DNA of 62,356 bases, filler included, from Dehalococcoidia bacterium (GCA_041494685.1; 2 parts of 2 records of this genome joined end to end with filler, not necessarily neighbours in it); one strand, 5' to 3'. Positions 18,675 to 29,230 are shown, counted from the first letter of the whole stretch. A program made the numbers and translations. Notes: generated by a model not told the origin, from the sequence alone.

Positions 18675-19526
18675 TCAAGGCCCGTGGCAACGCTTGAACT
18701 TCTTGCCCGACCCACAGAAGCAAGATTCGTTACGACCTATCTTAGGTGGGCGTTTCACTGGGGGCGCGCTCGGCCGCGTGTTCGCCGCAGGGCGCACAGG
18801 CGCTCCGCCGAACGAGAATGCCGTGCCGACATTGTGAAATGTGTTGCCTCGCATGACGACCCCGGGCAGCCGCACTTCGTCATCCGTGACTGATGACAGT
18901 TGGTTGCCTGAGACGAAGAAGTCCGCCCGGTGGATGACTATCTCCGTCGGTGGAGAGAATGTTGCATCGAAAATGATGTCGCCGAGGTCGCGCCGAAAAG
19001 TCAGGCGTTGGCCGACGAGTTGAATGTCCCACGTATCGATCCAATACACCAGCTCACTTCGATCGATGAGCATGAGTTGGTGGTCGTCGGCGTCACGGAG
19101 ATCGAGAGTGAGGAGAAGGTGCTCGTCCTCATAGTCAAACCCCACCAGGCAGCGCCCAGAAACTTCGAGCACGCACATCCGTGCGCCATCGATGAGATCG
19201 GAGGAGTGGACGTTTGACGCCATCCTTATGCTGCATTGAGAACCCGAGTAGTTGAGGGCATAGGGCGCGGAGGCGCCGAGGCGTACGTTGTGTGGCTGGA
19301 CGTTGGCCTTCTCGACATCAGGCGTTGGTAAGAGGCCGTTCGTACGTTCTTTGTGGTGCCTGTCGCACAGAAGCGTTATGCGCCCTGGGTCATTGACATC
19401 GGTGGGACCGTCTAGGTGATCGTACTCGTAAAGCGGCAGACCACAGATCACGCATCCAAAGCCGCATCGTTGGCGGATCTGGCGTTTAAGCGGCTCTGGG
19501 ATTGGCACGCGTTTCGGCCGCGGCAT
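18675..19526 (-). CDS. HNH-type nuclease with C-terminal SEC-C zinc motif
   Basis: RQRCGFGCVICG...YEYDH...LLCDRHH at the N-terminus and IGRNESCFCGSGKKFKRCHG at the C-terminus. Confidence 0.8.
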   Translation of the reverse strand: MPRPKRVPIPEPLKRQIRQRCGFGCVICGLPLYEYDHLDGPTDVNDPGRITLLCDRHHKERTNGLLPTPDVEKANVQPHNVRLGASAPYALNYSGSQCSIRMASNVHSSDLIDGARMCVLEVSGRCLVGFDYEDEHLLLTLDLRDADDHQLMLIDRSELVYWIDTWDIQLVGQRLTFRRDLGDIIFDATFSPPTEIVIHRADFFVSGNQLSSVTDDEVRLPGVVMRGNTFHNVGTAFSFGGAPVRPAANTRPSAPPVKRPPKIGRNESCFCGSGKKFKRCHGP

Positions 19527-20052
19527 ACGAACTTCGCCTCTAGCTACCGACGTTTGTAACCGGAGTCCATGAAGGTCGGCTTGGCCGCCGCCTTCACCCG
19601 TGTGTGGGTATCTGCCGGGAAATTCCGTTCACTCTACCGGACCGCTCGCTAGCTATGGACAGACGTCAGCCGAGCGCGACGGGCTTGGCCCGTAGCGGCA
19701 AAGCGACCCCTCGGACCCACACCATCGCAGAATGGTGCGCGGGGTTCCTGAGAGACCTAGCGCCGAACCGTGAACTCGCTGAAGCTCTTGGCGCGCGATC
19801 GATTCAGCCGATCCGATAGAATCGCAGGCGGGTCGCGCGCATCCTTAGGACCAAGGGGGGCCACGGTGACGACCAAGCCCGATATCTTGGAACGGTTCAG
19901 CCACTGTCACTCCGTAATGGTGACCGCCCAGGACTGGGGGTACGTGAAGGTAGCCGTCGAGCCGGCGGCGTTTCCGGAGACTGTGCCGATCGAGGCGGTG
20001 GTACACGAGATAGGCGCTGCCAGGAAGGACCCGGTGGTTCCAGTGGGGATCA

Positions 20053-20180
20053 ACACGCCCCTGCGCCAGATCCAGCAGCTGCTCGGACACTCGAGCCTGG
20101 CGACGACGCAGATCTACCTGGACGTCACGGCCGCGGACCTGGAGCAGGCGATCACAGCGCTTGACACGCTCTCCGGCTAG
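20053..20180 (+). pseudogene. C-terminal remnant of a second tyrosine recombinase
   Basis: PLRQIQQLLGHSSLATTQIYL (box II H and Y), joined in frame to unrelated upstream sequence. Confidence 0.8.
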
Positions 20181-20278
20181 TGGACGGCGATGGCGATCAG
20201 CACGCCCCAGAAGACGGGCGTGGCGAAGAAGCCGATCCAGCCGATCCAGCCCAGGTTGGGGATGTAGTGATTCCTCAT
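20177..20278 (-). CDS. Small membrane protein (33 aa)
   Basis: MRNHYIPNLGWIGWIGFFATPVFWGVLIAIAVH, with GC3-rich codons. Confidence 0.45.
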   Translation of the reverse strand: MRNHYIPNLGWIGWIGFFATPVFWGVLIAIAVH

Positions 20279-20322
20279 GCCATCAGCGTACCGAGCACGG
20301 GCAGGCAGACGCGCGCCCTCTG

Positions 20323-20574
20323 TCAAGGACAGAAGACCTGGGGCGGGCCGTGTCCCTCCGGGTACTCGTAGACCTGGCACTCACGCTGCCGGCGCGGAGA
20401 TGGCGGGAGCGGCGTAGGGGTGGCGCGCGGCACGAGCGTCCGCAGGACGAAGGGTGTGTGCGGCGGCAGGGTGCGCTCCAGGGCGCCAGGCGTCCAGGTG
20501 GGCGTGGGGGCAGCGCTCCCACCGCGGTCACACGCGGGGACAGCCAGGAGCAGCACGACCAGGAGCACCTTCAT
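20323..20574 (-). CDS. Small Pro-rich putative lipoprotein
   Basis: MKVLLVVLLLAVPAC signal followed by a PTPT linker. Confidence 0.5.
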   Translation of the reverse strand: MKVLLVVLLLAVPACDRGGSAAPTPTWTPGALERTLPPHTPFVLRTLVPRATPTPLPPSPRRQRECQVYEYPEGHGPPQVFCP

Positions 20575-21021
20575 ACCGGGAGTATCGGCACGGGCCGGCC
20601 AGGGCATGAGGGGCTTGAGGAGGCAGCCGGGCATTGATCGCCGCTTGCCCTCACGCGAGTACACCCGTAGACCGCTCCAGACCGCCCCAACCGCGTGAAC
20701 TAATACTCGTGTGCGTGCTAATGTAAAAAATTGAGGAACAGTCGCGCGACGGTCTCGGACACCTCACACCAACACACACCAACCAGAAGCCACCCATACA
20801 GACACACACCCCCGCCGTGCGAAGGACAACCCTCATGCCCCACCCCACGCGACGCAGCAGCACTTGAGCAGTACACACACCATCGCCGCGACAGGAACGC
20901 ATCGTGCGCTAGTTGACGTAAGGCGTCGCGCGTCGTGCGCTCCACAGATGCAGGACAATGGGTCGCGCTTCCTGCGCTCCACTCATGAGGCAGGGCGTAG
21001 TGCGCTGTTGCTGTCACGTAC

Positions 21022-21543
21022 TCAAGGTGCTGCGCTGAGGTGCAGTGGTGCTGTCCCTCTCTGTCGCCGCTTCGCGTCGACCTGACTCGGCTCGGCTCGT
21101 CTCGTCTCGTCTCCGGAACTCACCGGATCGACGAGCGCATAGTCCATCTGTGGCCACTCAACGAGCCAGTAGAGGCTGCCAAAGAGCAGGATGCCTCCGG
21201 CTGCGGCTCCCGCGGCGAAGCCGAGCGTGCGAAGCAACTGGAACAAGAGCGCGCCGGCGCCGATGAGCGCAGCTATCGTAAGCGTGTGGAAGCCGATCGA
21301 CGACGAAAGGGGGAGCGTGCGAACGATGAATGGCGTGAGGATACGGTAATCAAACGGAGGAGTGCGCGCTGCTGACGGATACCCGGGAAGGCCTCCGGCC
21401 ATGGCCAGGTAGTAGGAATGGTCGCTGCAGCAACCGGACGCGATCGATACATAGCCGTCGTGCCACCAAACGACGACAGCGACGGCGAACACGATTGCCG
21501 CCGACAACGACACGGCGGCCATGACAGAGACACAGTGGCGCAT
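21022..21543 (-). pseudogene. Truncated polytopic membrane protein (glycosyltransferase-like) with a foreign C-terminus
   Basis: D..YYLAMA...PPFDYRILTP plus TM helices, ending abruptly in GDETRRAEPSQ. Confidence 0.55.
21086..21113. repeat. Pentamer tandem repeat (CTCGG)2(CTCGT)3
   Basis: Read directly from the sequence. Confidence 0.85.
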
Positions 21544-21748
21544 CCGTCCGAGTATATCCGTACGCCCGGGAGATCCTCGCCCCGCCTGCCTATTCGGCGC
21601 AGGCGACCAACAGCGTGCCGCCGGATGCGCTGGCGGAGGCGATCATCTGCGGGAGCGCGAACTTACGATCTTGATTCAGTCGGTCGGCCGCGAACCATCA
21701 CCGACGTGAGCGAGCCGCTCGATCACGCACCTCATCGTGTGCGCCCAT

Positions 21749-23302
21749 TCAGCCCGGCTTCTGCGCCACTACGACCGTGACGCGAGTCCCGTGGCCTGGT
21801 GACGAAGTCAGCTCGAACGTTCCGCCGACGAGCCGCGCCCGCTCGGTCATGCCGAGGACGCCGAGCTTGCCGACGTGCGACAGATCGGCGACGTTCGCCG
21901 GCGGCGCCCAGCCACGCCCGTCGTCTTCGACGATCAAGCGCACCGCGCCGTCCTCAAATGCCAAGTCGACCTCGGCCGACGTGGCGTGAGCGTGCTTCTC
22001 GATGTTGTGCAGCGCTTCCTGCGCGATCCGGAAGAGCGCCAGCTCGACCGCTGACGCCAAACGCCGGGGTTCCCCCGAGACCTTGAGGCGGGCGCCACCG
22101 GCGAGCCGCGCGTTCGTCTCATCGACCGCCAGCTCGATCGCCGGCACGAGGCCGAGGTCGTCGAGCACGGAGGGGCGCAGGTCGCGGCTGAAACGCCGGA
22201 CGGACTGCAGGGTGTCGCGGGTCAGGGTCAGGAGGTCATCCACCTGCGGTGCGATGTCGGCCGGCACCGCCTCTCCGAGTTGTTCGAGCCGCCGCGCGAG
22301 GTGTACGAGTTCTTGCGCCGTCTCGTCATGCAGTTCGCGCGCGATGCGCAGCCGTTCATCTTCCTGTGCTTGCGTCATCTGGCGTGCGTAGGTTTGGAGG
22401 CTCTCCTGGCGCTGGCGGTAAAGCCGCGCGTTCTCGACGGCTACCCGGATAGTGTGGGCCACGGCAGCGAGCAACCGCGTATGTTCGTCGACGAGGTCGC
22501 TGTTCTCGGGGACGGCCACGCCGAGCGAACCGACGATCCCCCCCTCAGAGGCCAGCGGCACGCAGATCAGGCGCCCGTCTACGACCACCGGCTCGCGCTG
22601 CTCCGTGGCCAGCCGATCGAGTTCGTCGATCGGGATGTCGCTCGTGTGGTGATCGCGCGGCTCGATAATGACGGTCCGGCCTTCGTCAGGCGATGGTGAC
22701 TCCAGGCACAGCCACGCGGCTTCGACGGGCAGGCCGCGCGCCAGCCGCGCAACGACCGCCGGAAGCTCCTGCTCCGCTTCGATCTGGTGGCTGAGCTGCT
22801 CGCCGATCTCGTTGAGCAGACTGAGGCCGACGCTCGTCCGCTCCGCGCGCTGGCGCTGCTTGGACTCCAGGTCGACGCGCCACGCCACCATCATGCCTGC
22901 CGGCAAGGTGATCGCAAGTTGTCCGACCTCGGTGAGCCACTCAAAGCCCGAGCCGTGCCAGATCCACATGCTCGGCGTTGTGAGCAGTGTCGCCCACAGC
23001 GCGGTGAGGATAGCGCCCTCCCAGCCGAACGACAGCGCGGCGTAGAGCAGCGGGATCACGTAGAGCGTGATGGCGAGGCCGTGGAACGTCGAGAACGGAT
23101 TGGTGAAGCCGGCAGTCTCGATGACGTAGTGCGGCACAGTAGCCGCCAGCACCATCAGCTGGATGTTCCAGAACCGGCGGTCGTGAAGCCGGTCCGGCAG
23201 GCGGCGCAGCGGCACCAGCACGTAGCCGAGCAGCCGCCGCGTCAGTGCGCCGGCCGGCTGGGACGGGCGGGCGCGGGTGAGCCCGACATCAGCCTTCACC
23301 AA
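21749..23302 (-). CDS. Membrane sensor histidine kinase (GAF, HisKA_3, HATPase)
   Basis: EDERLRIARELHDETAQ, LRPSVLDDLGL, QEALHNIEKHA, DDGRG, GLGVLGMTERA-type motif. Confidence 0.93.
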   Translation of the reverse strand: MVKADVGLTRARPSQPAGALTRRLLGYVLVPLRRLPDRLHDRRFWNIQLMVLAATVPHYVIETAGFTNPFSTFHGLAITLYVIPLLYAALSFGWEGAILTALWATLLTTPSMWIWHGSGFEWLTEVGQLAITLPAGMMVAWRVDLESKQRQRAERTSVGLSLLNEIGEQLSHQIEAEQELPAVVARLARGLPVEAAWLCLESPSPDEGRTVIIEPRDHHTSDIPIDELDRLATEQREPVVVDGRLICVPLASEGGIVGSLGVAVPENSDLVDEHTRLLAAVAHTIRVAVENARLYRQRQESLQTYARQMTQAQEDERLRIARELHDETAQELVHLARRLEQLGEAVPADIAPQVDDLLTLTRDTLQSVRRFSRDLRPSVLDDLGLVPAIELAVDETNARLAGGARLKVSGEPRRLASAVELALFRIAQEALHNIEKHAHATSAEVDLAFEDGAVRLIVEDDGRGWAPPANVADLSHVGKLGVLGMTERARLVGGTFELTSSPGHGTRVTVVVAQKPG

Positions 23303-23507
23303 GATCCTCCAGCTTGAGCAGCGCGCTCTTCAGCATCGCAATGACGGCCGCGGTGGGCGATCTGACGCCGAGCTTCGCGAATGCGTGCATCAAGTGTACC
23401 CGCGCCGTGTGGATGCTGAGCGACAGGCGCTCCGAGATCTCGGCGTTGGCGAGCCCGCAGGCGGCGAGCCGGAGCACCTCGACCTCCTCGTCCGTAAGCG
23501 TCGGCAT
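23289..23507 (-). pseudogene. LuxR-type HTH (response regulator C-terminus lacking the receiver domain)
   Basis: LTDEEVEVLRLAACGLANAEISERLSLSIHT...KLGVRS, coupled to the kinase, with no REC domain upstream. Confidence 0.75.
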
Positions 23508-23512
23508 TCGAC

Positions 23513-23610
23513 ATGCGCCGGCCGATCTATGAGCGGATGGGCTTTCGTGTCGCCGCGCCGGTCCTCATCTTCGCCGGATCTGCGCCGGGTGGTGCGGGCT
23601 CAAGAGCACG
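23513..23610 (+). pseudogene. Possible C-terminal remnant of a GNAT acetyltransferase
   Basis: RPIYERMGF resembles the GNAT motif B (YxxxGF). Confidence 0.4.
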
Positions 23611-23827
23611 GGCTCAGTTCACGACGGACTGCGAGAAAGTCAGTTCGACCGCGGTGGGAAAAGACTCAGCGGCGAGGCCGCGGCGCACGATGACCAACTT
23701 GTGTCGGCGCCTGAGGATTCCAGCTCAGACCGCCAAACGCCAACTGCTGCCCTTACCTTGATCTCCACGTCACTTGCGTCCTACGATCCGCCAACAGTCT
23801 CGTTCACCAGGGAAAGGCGGCGCCAAG

Positions 23828-25327
23828 ATGCCAGCCGAGCTAGTCTCGACGACGACGGGCGCAGTGCGCGGCACCAGCGACAGCCGCATCGTCGCTTTCA
23901 AGGGCATCCCCTACGCTGCGCCGCCAGTCGGCGCACGGCGCTTTCTCCCGCCCGCACCCGCGGCACCCTGGTCCGGCGTCCGCGACGCCCTCGAGTACGG
24001 CGCCTCCTGCCCGCAGTCATCGGCGCGGCCGGAAGGGTGGTCACAGGAGCCTTCGCTGTCCGAGGACTGCCTCTACCTCAACGTTTGGACACCCGCCTGC
24101 GACGAACGCCGGCGGCCGGTGATGGTCTGGCTGCACGGCGGTGGCTTCAGTATCGGCTCCGGCTCATGGCCGGTCTATGACGGCACCGCGCTCGCCCGCC
24201 GCGGCGACGTGGTCGTCGTCACCGTAAACCACCGCCTCGGCATCTTCGGCTACCTGCACCTGAAAGAGATCGCAGGACCCGAGTTCGCATCGTCGGGCAA
24301 CGCCGGCATGCTCGACCTCGTCTCGGCGCTCAAGTGGGTGCGTGCCAACATCACGGCGTTCGGCGGCGACCCGTCCAACGTCACCATCTTCGGCGAGTCA
24401 GGCGGGGGTGTGAAGGTCTCGACGCTCATGACCATGCCTGCGGCCCGTGGCCTGTTCCATCGAGCTGCCGTGCAGAGCGGCCCCGGCCTGCGATCTCGCG
24501 TCGCCGCCGGGCAAGCGACGGAGCTTGCGAAGCAGGTCGTCGCAGATCTTGCCACCGGCGCGAGCCCGGTCCAGTGGCTGCAGTCGGTACCCGCCGACAA
24601 GCTCCTCGGGTTCCAGGCCAAGCTCGGACGTCGCGCCATGTTCTCCTTCAGCCCGGTGATCGACGACGTCGACCTACCCGAACACCCGGGCGACGCCATC
24701 AAGAACGGCACCGCCGTCGACGTGCCCCTGATCATCGGCTGCAACCGTGACGAGGCCACGCTCTTTCTCGCGATGGAGTCCGGGCTCGACACCCTGACCG
24801 TGCTCGACGGCGACCACGTCCCTCCTCGGCTCGAGAGCCTGGGCGAGCATGCACGCCCGATCATTGAGACATACCGCCGCGCGCGACCGGATGCGTCGCC
24901 CAGAGATCTGCTCGTCGCCATCGAGACCGACCGCATGATGCGCATCCCCTCGATCGAGCTCGCTGAGCGCAAGCTCGCCGGCGGCAAGGCACCCGTGTTC
25001 ATGTACCTGTTCTGCTGGGCGGCCGGTCCGCTCGGCTCGGCCCACGGCTACGAGATCCCCTTCGTCTTCGACAACGCCCGGCCGCCCGTCATGCCCGAGT
25101 CCGTTGGCCGTGGAAGTCTCGCCGCCCAAATGAGCGACGCCTGGATCGCCTTCGCCCGCGACGGCGCACCCGACCACCCGGAGATCCCGCACTGGCCCGC
25201 GTACTCACTCCAGGAGCGCGCGACGATGATCTTCGACCGCGACGCGGTGTGCGTGCAGAACGACCCGTCAGGCGAAGAACGCGCCGCATGGCAGGATGCT
25301 GGTGTGCCGGTGGGCATGCCGGTCTGA
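23828..25327 (+). CDS. Type B carboxylesterase (PnbA-like)
   Basis: FKGIPYAAPP, SEDCLYLNVW, HGGGF, GESGG nucleophile, NRDE, AHGYEIP. Confidence 0.94.
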   Translation: MPAELVSTTTGAVRGTSDSRIVAFKGIPYAAPPVGARRFLPPAPAAPWSGVRDALEYGASCPQSSARPEGWSQEPSLSEDCLYLNVWTPACDERRRPVMVWLHGGGFSIGSGSWPVYDGTALARRGDVVVVTVNHRLGIFGYLHLKEIAGPEFASSGNAGMLDLVSALKWVRANITAFGGDPSNVTIFGESGGGVKVSTLMTMPAARGLFHRAAVQSGPGLRSRVAAGQATELAKQVVADLATGASPVQWLQSVPADKLLGFQAKLGRRAMFSFSPVIDDVDLPEHPGDAIKNGTAVDVPLIIGCNRDEATLFLAMESGLDTLTVLDGDHVPPRLESLGEHARPIIETYRRARPDASPRDLLVAIETDRMMRIPSIELAERKLAGGKAPVFMYLFCWAAGPLGSAHGYEIPFVFDNARPPVMPESVGRGSLAAQMSDAWIAFARDGAPDHPEIPHWPAYSLQERATMIFDRDAVCVQNDPSGEERAAWQDAGVPVGMPV

Positions 25328-25512
25328 CCTTCCGGCTGCCATGCTGGCGCTCGAACACGATGGCGGAGTGTTGTGCGTCCCGCACGCCGCTCCACGGAAG
25401 TCCGAGGGTTCGGGCGCGTGACCCCGGTCTGTTCGGCGTAACCGTGTGAGTTTCGGAACCGCCTGCCCTCTCGATCGGGCGGTCATGCTCCGGCCACGCT
25501 ATCGTTGTGGAC

Positions 25513-26802
25513 ATGGCTGAGTCGATAGAGATTTCTCCCAGGACCGCGCGACGGCTCATCCTTGGCAAGCAAGGCCTTTGGCCGGGCCGCCGCTGGGCCG
25601 GCAAGGAAGGGACGCGCGCGGCGATCCACGCGTGTGAACACCTCCAGCTGGACCCACTCGTGATCCTCGCGCGAAGTCACGACCTGATGTTACACAGCCG
25701 CGTGGTCGGCTATCGCCCCGAGTTCTTCCATGAACTGACGTACAAAGAGCGAGCGTTCTTCGACTGGGGCGGGTGGCTGGCAGTCAGGCCGATGGAGGAA
25801 CTTCCGTACTGGCGCGTGGTCATGCGTCGGAACCGGGAGCATGCCGGGCAGAAACTGATCGCAGAGCAGCACGCCACGGCGATCGAAGAGATGCGCCTCG
25901 CTTTACGTGAACGGGGAACGGTTGCCCCCCGTGACTTCCAAGCGGCCGACCGTCGTGCGGTCAACAGCTATCGCGGCGGGAAAGACACATCTCTGGCGTT
26001 GTATTACCTCTGGCGTACGGGCGAAGCCATGACGCACCATCGGGAGGGGTTCGAGCGCATCTATGCGCCGACGGAATCAGTCGCGCCTCCACACTTGGTC
26101 CCGGAGGCGAGTGACGCGGACGCGGACCGGTTTCTCGCACGCAAGGCCGTCTCATTCGCGGGCATCGGGCGGCTTGGGCCGCTGAGCGGCTGGCTCGGGC
26201 GCACGGTGAGCAAAGCGGAGGAGCGAGCACTCGAACAGGAACTGATCGACGCTGGCGAAATTGTGCGCGTGGACATCGAGGGTACTCAGGGCACCCAGCT
26301 GATGCCGGCGAGAGATGTTCAACTACTCGCGGACGTGGATCGCGGGCGCATCCCTACGGCTTGGGCCCCGGTCGAAACATCGACGGAGGCGGAGGTGACG
26401 TTGCTGTCGCCGTTAGACCCTGTCAGCGCGCGGGGACGGGCGAAGCTGCTGTTCGATTTTGAGTACGTCTGGGAGATCTACAAGAAGCCGGAGCTTATGC
26501 GGTTCGGGCGGTATGCGATGCCGATCCTGTGGGGTGACCGGCTCGTCGGACGGCTCGATGCGAAGATGGACCGCAAGTCCAATACGCTAGTCGTCAATGG
26601 CGTTTGGCTCGAAAGCATACTTGGGCCACCGGAGCCTGCGTTCCTCGACGCGCTGGGTCTGGGCGTCCAGCGCGCCATGGCGTTCCTTGGGACGGAGCGC
26701 GTAGATGCCGCCGCGGTGAAGCATCGCAAGGTCCGCAGCCGGATAGCTGCCCTGAACAAACGGCGCCCACGAGTCGCGCACCAGCCGGCGGGAAACTTGT
26801 AG
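25513..26802 (+). CDS. YcaQ/AlkZ-family winged-helix DNA glycosylase (crosslink repair)
   Basis: LQLDPL..LARSH.LMLHSR, LLSPLDP, LFDFEYVWEIY, RFGRYAMPILWGDRLVGRLD. Confidence 0.9.
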   Translation: MAESIEISPRTARRLILGKQGLWPGRRWAGKEGTRAAIHACEHLQLDPLVILARSHDLMLHSRVVGYRPEFFHELTYKERAFFDWGGWLAVRPMEELPYWRVVMRRNREHAGQKLIAEQHATAIEEMRLALRERGTVAPRDFQAADRRAVNSYRGGKDTSLALYYLWRTGEAMTHHREGFERIYAPTESVAPPHLVPEASDADADRFLARKAVSFAGIGRLGPLSGWLGRTVSKAEERALEQELIDAGEIVRVDIEGTQGTQLMPARDVQLLADVDRGRIPTAWAPVETSTEAEVTLLSPLDPVSARGRAKLLFDFEYVWEIYKKPELMRFGRYAMPILWGDRLVGRLDAKMDRKSNTLVVNGVWLESILGPPEPAFLDALGLGVQRAMAFLGTERVDAAAVKHRKVRSRIAALNKRRPRVAHQPAGNL

Positions 26803-26847
26803 CTAGGCGCCCCACGATCGGTTCATGGTGGCGTCAAGTCCAGGCAG

Positions 26848-27265
26848 TCAGGCGCGCGTTTCACGTTGAGGCGCAGTGTGAAATGAGGTGACGGCGGACC
26901 AGTGCGCGAACGTCAGGATCGCGAATCCGAGCAGGCCGTCAGTGAAGATCGTCGCGTACCAAAACGGCGGAATGTGCGGCGACCCGAAGGCGAAATGCCC
27001 GAGCGTTACGAATCCGAGCAGTGAGTACAGCGCCAGAAGTGGATATGCCGCGACGTAGCGCCCACGGGCGTACAGCCAGTACGCGAGTACTCCGACGGCC
27101 GTCAGCCCGGGCCATACGATGACGATCGCGAGCCTGATCGTCGAACTGCCGACCAGGTCGGACGGGGGGTAGTGCGCGATCTCCACGTAGTTGTGCGTGT
27201 AGTGGGCCGACGGAGTCACGCACTTGCTCGGTCCGGGACACCGTGGCTTGCATGCTCGCCTCCAT
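26848..27265 (-). pseudogene. Membrane protein with a disrupted N-terminus
   Basis: The start frame (MEASMQATV...) differs from the frame encoding HYTHNYVEIAHYP plus three TM helices. Confidence 0.5.
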
Positions 27266-27368
27266 CTCCTGGTCTTGCGGTGGAGCTACTTCGCACCGTT
27301 GCCCGTCCAGCCCGCGCCTCCGTGGCGGGATGCCCGCCTTGGCCGGACTCGCTTACGCGAACATGGTC

Positions 27369-28151
27369 CTAGACTGTGCGGAGATCTCCGTCGACAGTAG
27401 CGAGGTGGTGCACGTCGTTCAGCGTGTAGACCGTGTCTATACCCTCGGCGGAGGCGACAATGCTGATTGACGTGTGAGCGGGCCTGAACAGCACATCGAA
27501 CTTCGAGCCCATGACGTGGCTGACGTAAGCGTTGATCACGCCGCCGTGGCACACGACCACGACTCGCCCGCCAGCGTGGTCACTGATGATCGTCTCGATA
27601 GCGTTGACGACGCGGCGGCGGAACTCGGCACTCGGCTCCGAGTACGGGTATACGTCCCACGATCGCTCGAGAATGAACCGTTGTCGCAACGCAGCCAGAG
27701 CCTCACTACCCAAGAACTCCAGCGACGACAGGTGTTGAGGCGCGTCGCGGAACATCGCGATCTCCCGCAGGTCGGCGACTACGACAGGCTCGATCCGATG
27801 GTGCTGGGTGATCGCTTGGGCCGTCCGCAGCGCGCGCTGCAGAGCGCTCGTGTACACCCCATCGATCTTCCTCGTCGAAAGGGCGGCGCCAAGGAGCTGC
27901 GCTTGCTGTTCTCCAAGGCCGCTCAACGGAGGGTCGGTGTATCCGCCGATCGAGCCAGCCAGGTCGAGTCGCTGGTGGGCGTGGCGGACGAGGAAGACCT
28001 CGGTGACCATCTCACGATTGGATAGAAATGCCACGTCCAGCGGGCTCGGCCTGCCCTGACGAGCGGCGTGTTCATCAACACGCTGCTCAACTCCGGCGTT
28101 CGCGATAGCTTCCGGGTTCGAAACGTCCAGCGCCATCCGGGTTCCAATCAC
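27369..28151 (-). CDS. Histidine phosphatase family protein
   Basis: LVRHA, DPPLS..G..QA, S.LQRA..TA, LRE, VCHGGVI. Start may be ATG 28136. Confidence 0.9.
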   Translation of the reverse strand: MIGTRMALDVSNPEAIANAGVEQRVDEHAARQGRPSPLDVAFLSNREMVTEVFLVRHAHQRLDLAGSIGGYTDPPLSGLGEQQAQLLGAALSTRKIDGVYTSALQRALRTAQAITQHHRIEPVVVADLREIAMFRDAPQHLSSLEFLGSEALAALRQRFILERSWDVYPYSEPSAEFRRRVVNAIETIISDHAGGRVVVVCHGGVINAYVSHVMGSKFDVLFRPAHTSISIVASAEGIDTVYTLNDVHHLATVDGDLRTV

Positions 28152-28228
28152 CCCGCGTCAGTGCGGCTCTTGTAGATGATACCCATCTCACCTTCATGCG
28201 TTCGAGACGCGTGGAGCATGATCGGCGC

Positions 28229-29230
28229 CTACCGGCGCTCTTCCGCCAACGCCGACTCAATGAGTGCGCGTACGCCTTCTACAGCGACCTCGCCTGCGTT
28301 CGGTGACCGAACGAAGGCGCAGAGCTTGACCATGTCCACGATCCGGGACACCTGCCTCCAGTTCTCCGGCAGGATGCCGCCCTCTTGGCTGTAGCCCCGT
28401 ATCAACTCCTCCGCGAACCAGGGTGCCACTTCGTGGCCGGGACGTCGGAGCACGCTGCCAAGATCTACGAGCGGCGTCCCCGAGTGGGCGTACTCCCAGT
28501 CGAGGAGGGCCGCCACATGCGGCGGGCCAGAAGTGGTTTGCACGATGACGTTGAGGCCGTTGAAGTCTCCGTGGACGAGCATCGCATGGTGCTCGACGAC
28601 GGCGAGCAACTCTTCGTGCTCCGTGACGAACCGCCACAAGCGCCTTGTTAGTGCCACGCCTAGCCGCTCCTCGCCGCTGTCTCTGAAGAGGCACTGCGCC
28701 AGAACGCCAACGACGACGCCAGGTTCCGACGGAAACGGGATGTGAATGTCCAGCGTGCTTCCGAAAAAGCCGGAGCGCGCGAACCGGAACCCTTGGAGCT
28801 TCGCAAGGAGACTGCCCGTCGACCTGACGGCACGCCTAGCATCGGACGACGCGCCGTCCGTGAGCAGTTGGTCGAGTGGGACGCCCTCCGTCCAGCGCAG
28901 GATGAGATACGTGTGTGGTTCCCGTGCTTCTGGCGAGACGTAGAGGACCTCTTGCACCGGCACGCGCTCTTTGACGAGTTCGAGGATCGACGCCTCGCGA
29001 AAGGCCGCGGTCGGGTCCCGGACGTAGACGCGGACCACGACCGGGGCAGCCTCGCCTGACAGCGTGACCTTGAAGCTCGTATTTGCGAAGCCACCGGTGA
29101 TGAGATCAGCAGAGACGATCCGCTGGCCGGGATACACCGGAGCCAGCATCTCGTGCAGGGCGCCCAGATCGACCGGCGACGCGCCAACTCCTTGCGCCTC
29201 ACCATCGATCGCTGCGTCGCGCTCTACCAT
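28229..29230 (-). CDS. Aminoglycoside phosphotransferase/choline kinase family protein
   Basis: GGFANT, LVHGDFNGLN, LLDWE. Confidence 0.88.
   Translation of the reverse strand: MVERDAAIDGEAQGVGASPVDLGALHEMLAPVYPGQRIVSADLITGGFANTSFKVTLSGEAAPVVVRVYVRDPTAAFREASILELVKERVPVQEVLYVSPEAREPHTYLILRWTEGVPLDQLLTDGASSDARRAVRSTGSLLAKLQGFRFARSGFFGSTLDIHIPFPSEPGVVVGVLAQCLFRDSGEERLGVALTRRLWRFVTEHEELLAVVEHHAMLVHGDFNGLNVIVQTTSGPPHVAALLDWEYAHSGTPLVDLGSVLRRPGHEVAPWFAEELIRGYSQEGGILPENWRQVSRIVDMVKLCAFVRSPNAGEVAVEGVRALIESALAEERR

Noticed and set aside
28229..29230. Aminoglycoside resistance gene
   Set aside because: Only generic APH/choline-kinase family motifs are visible; the substrate cannot be inferred.
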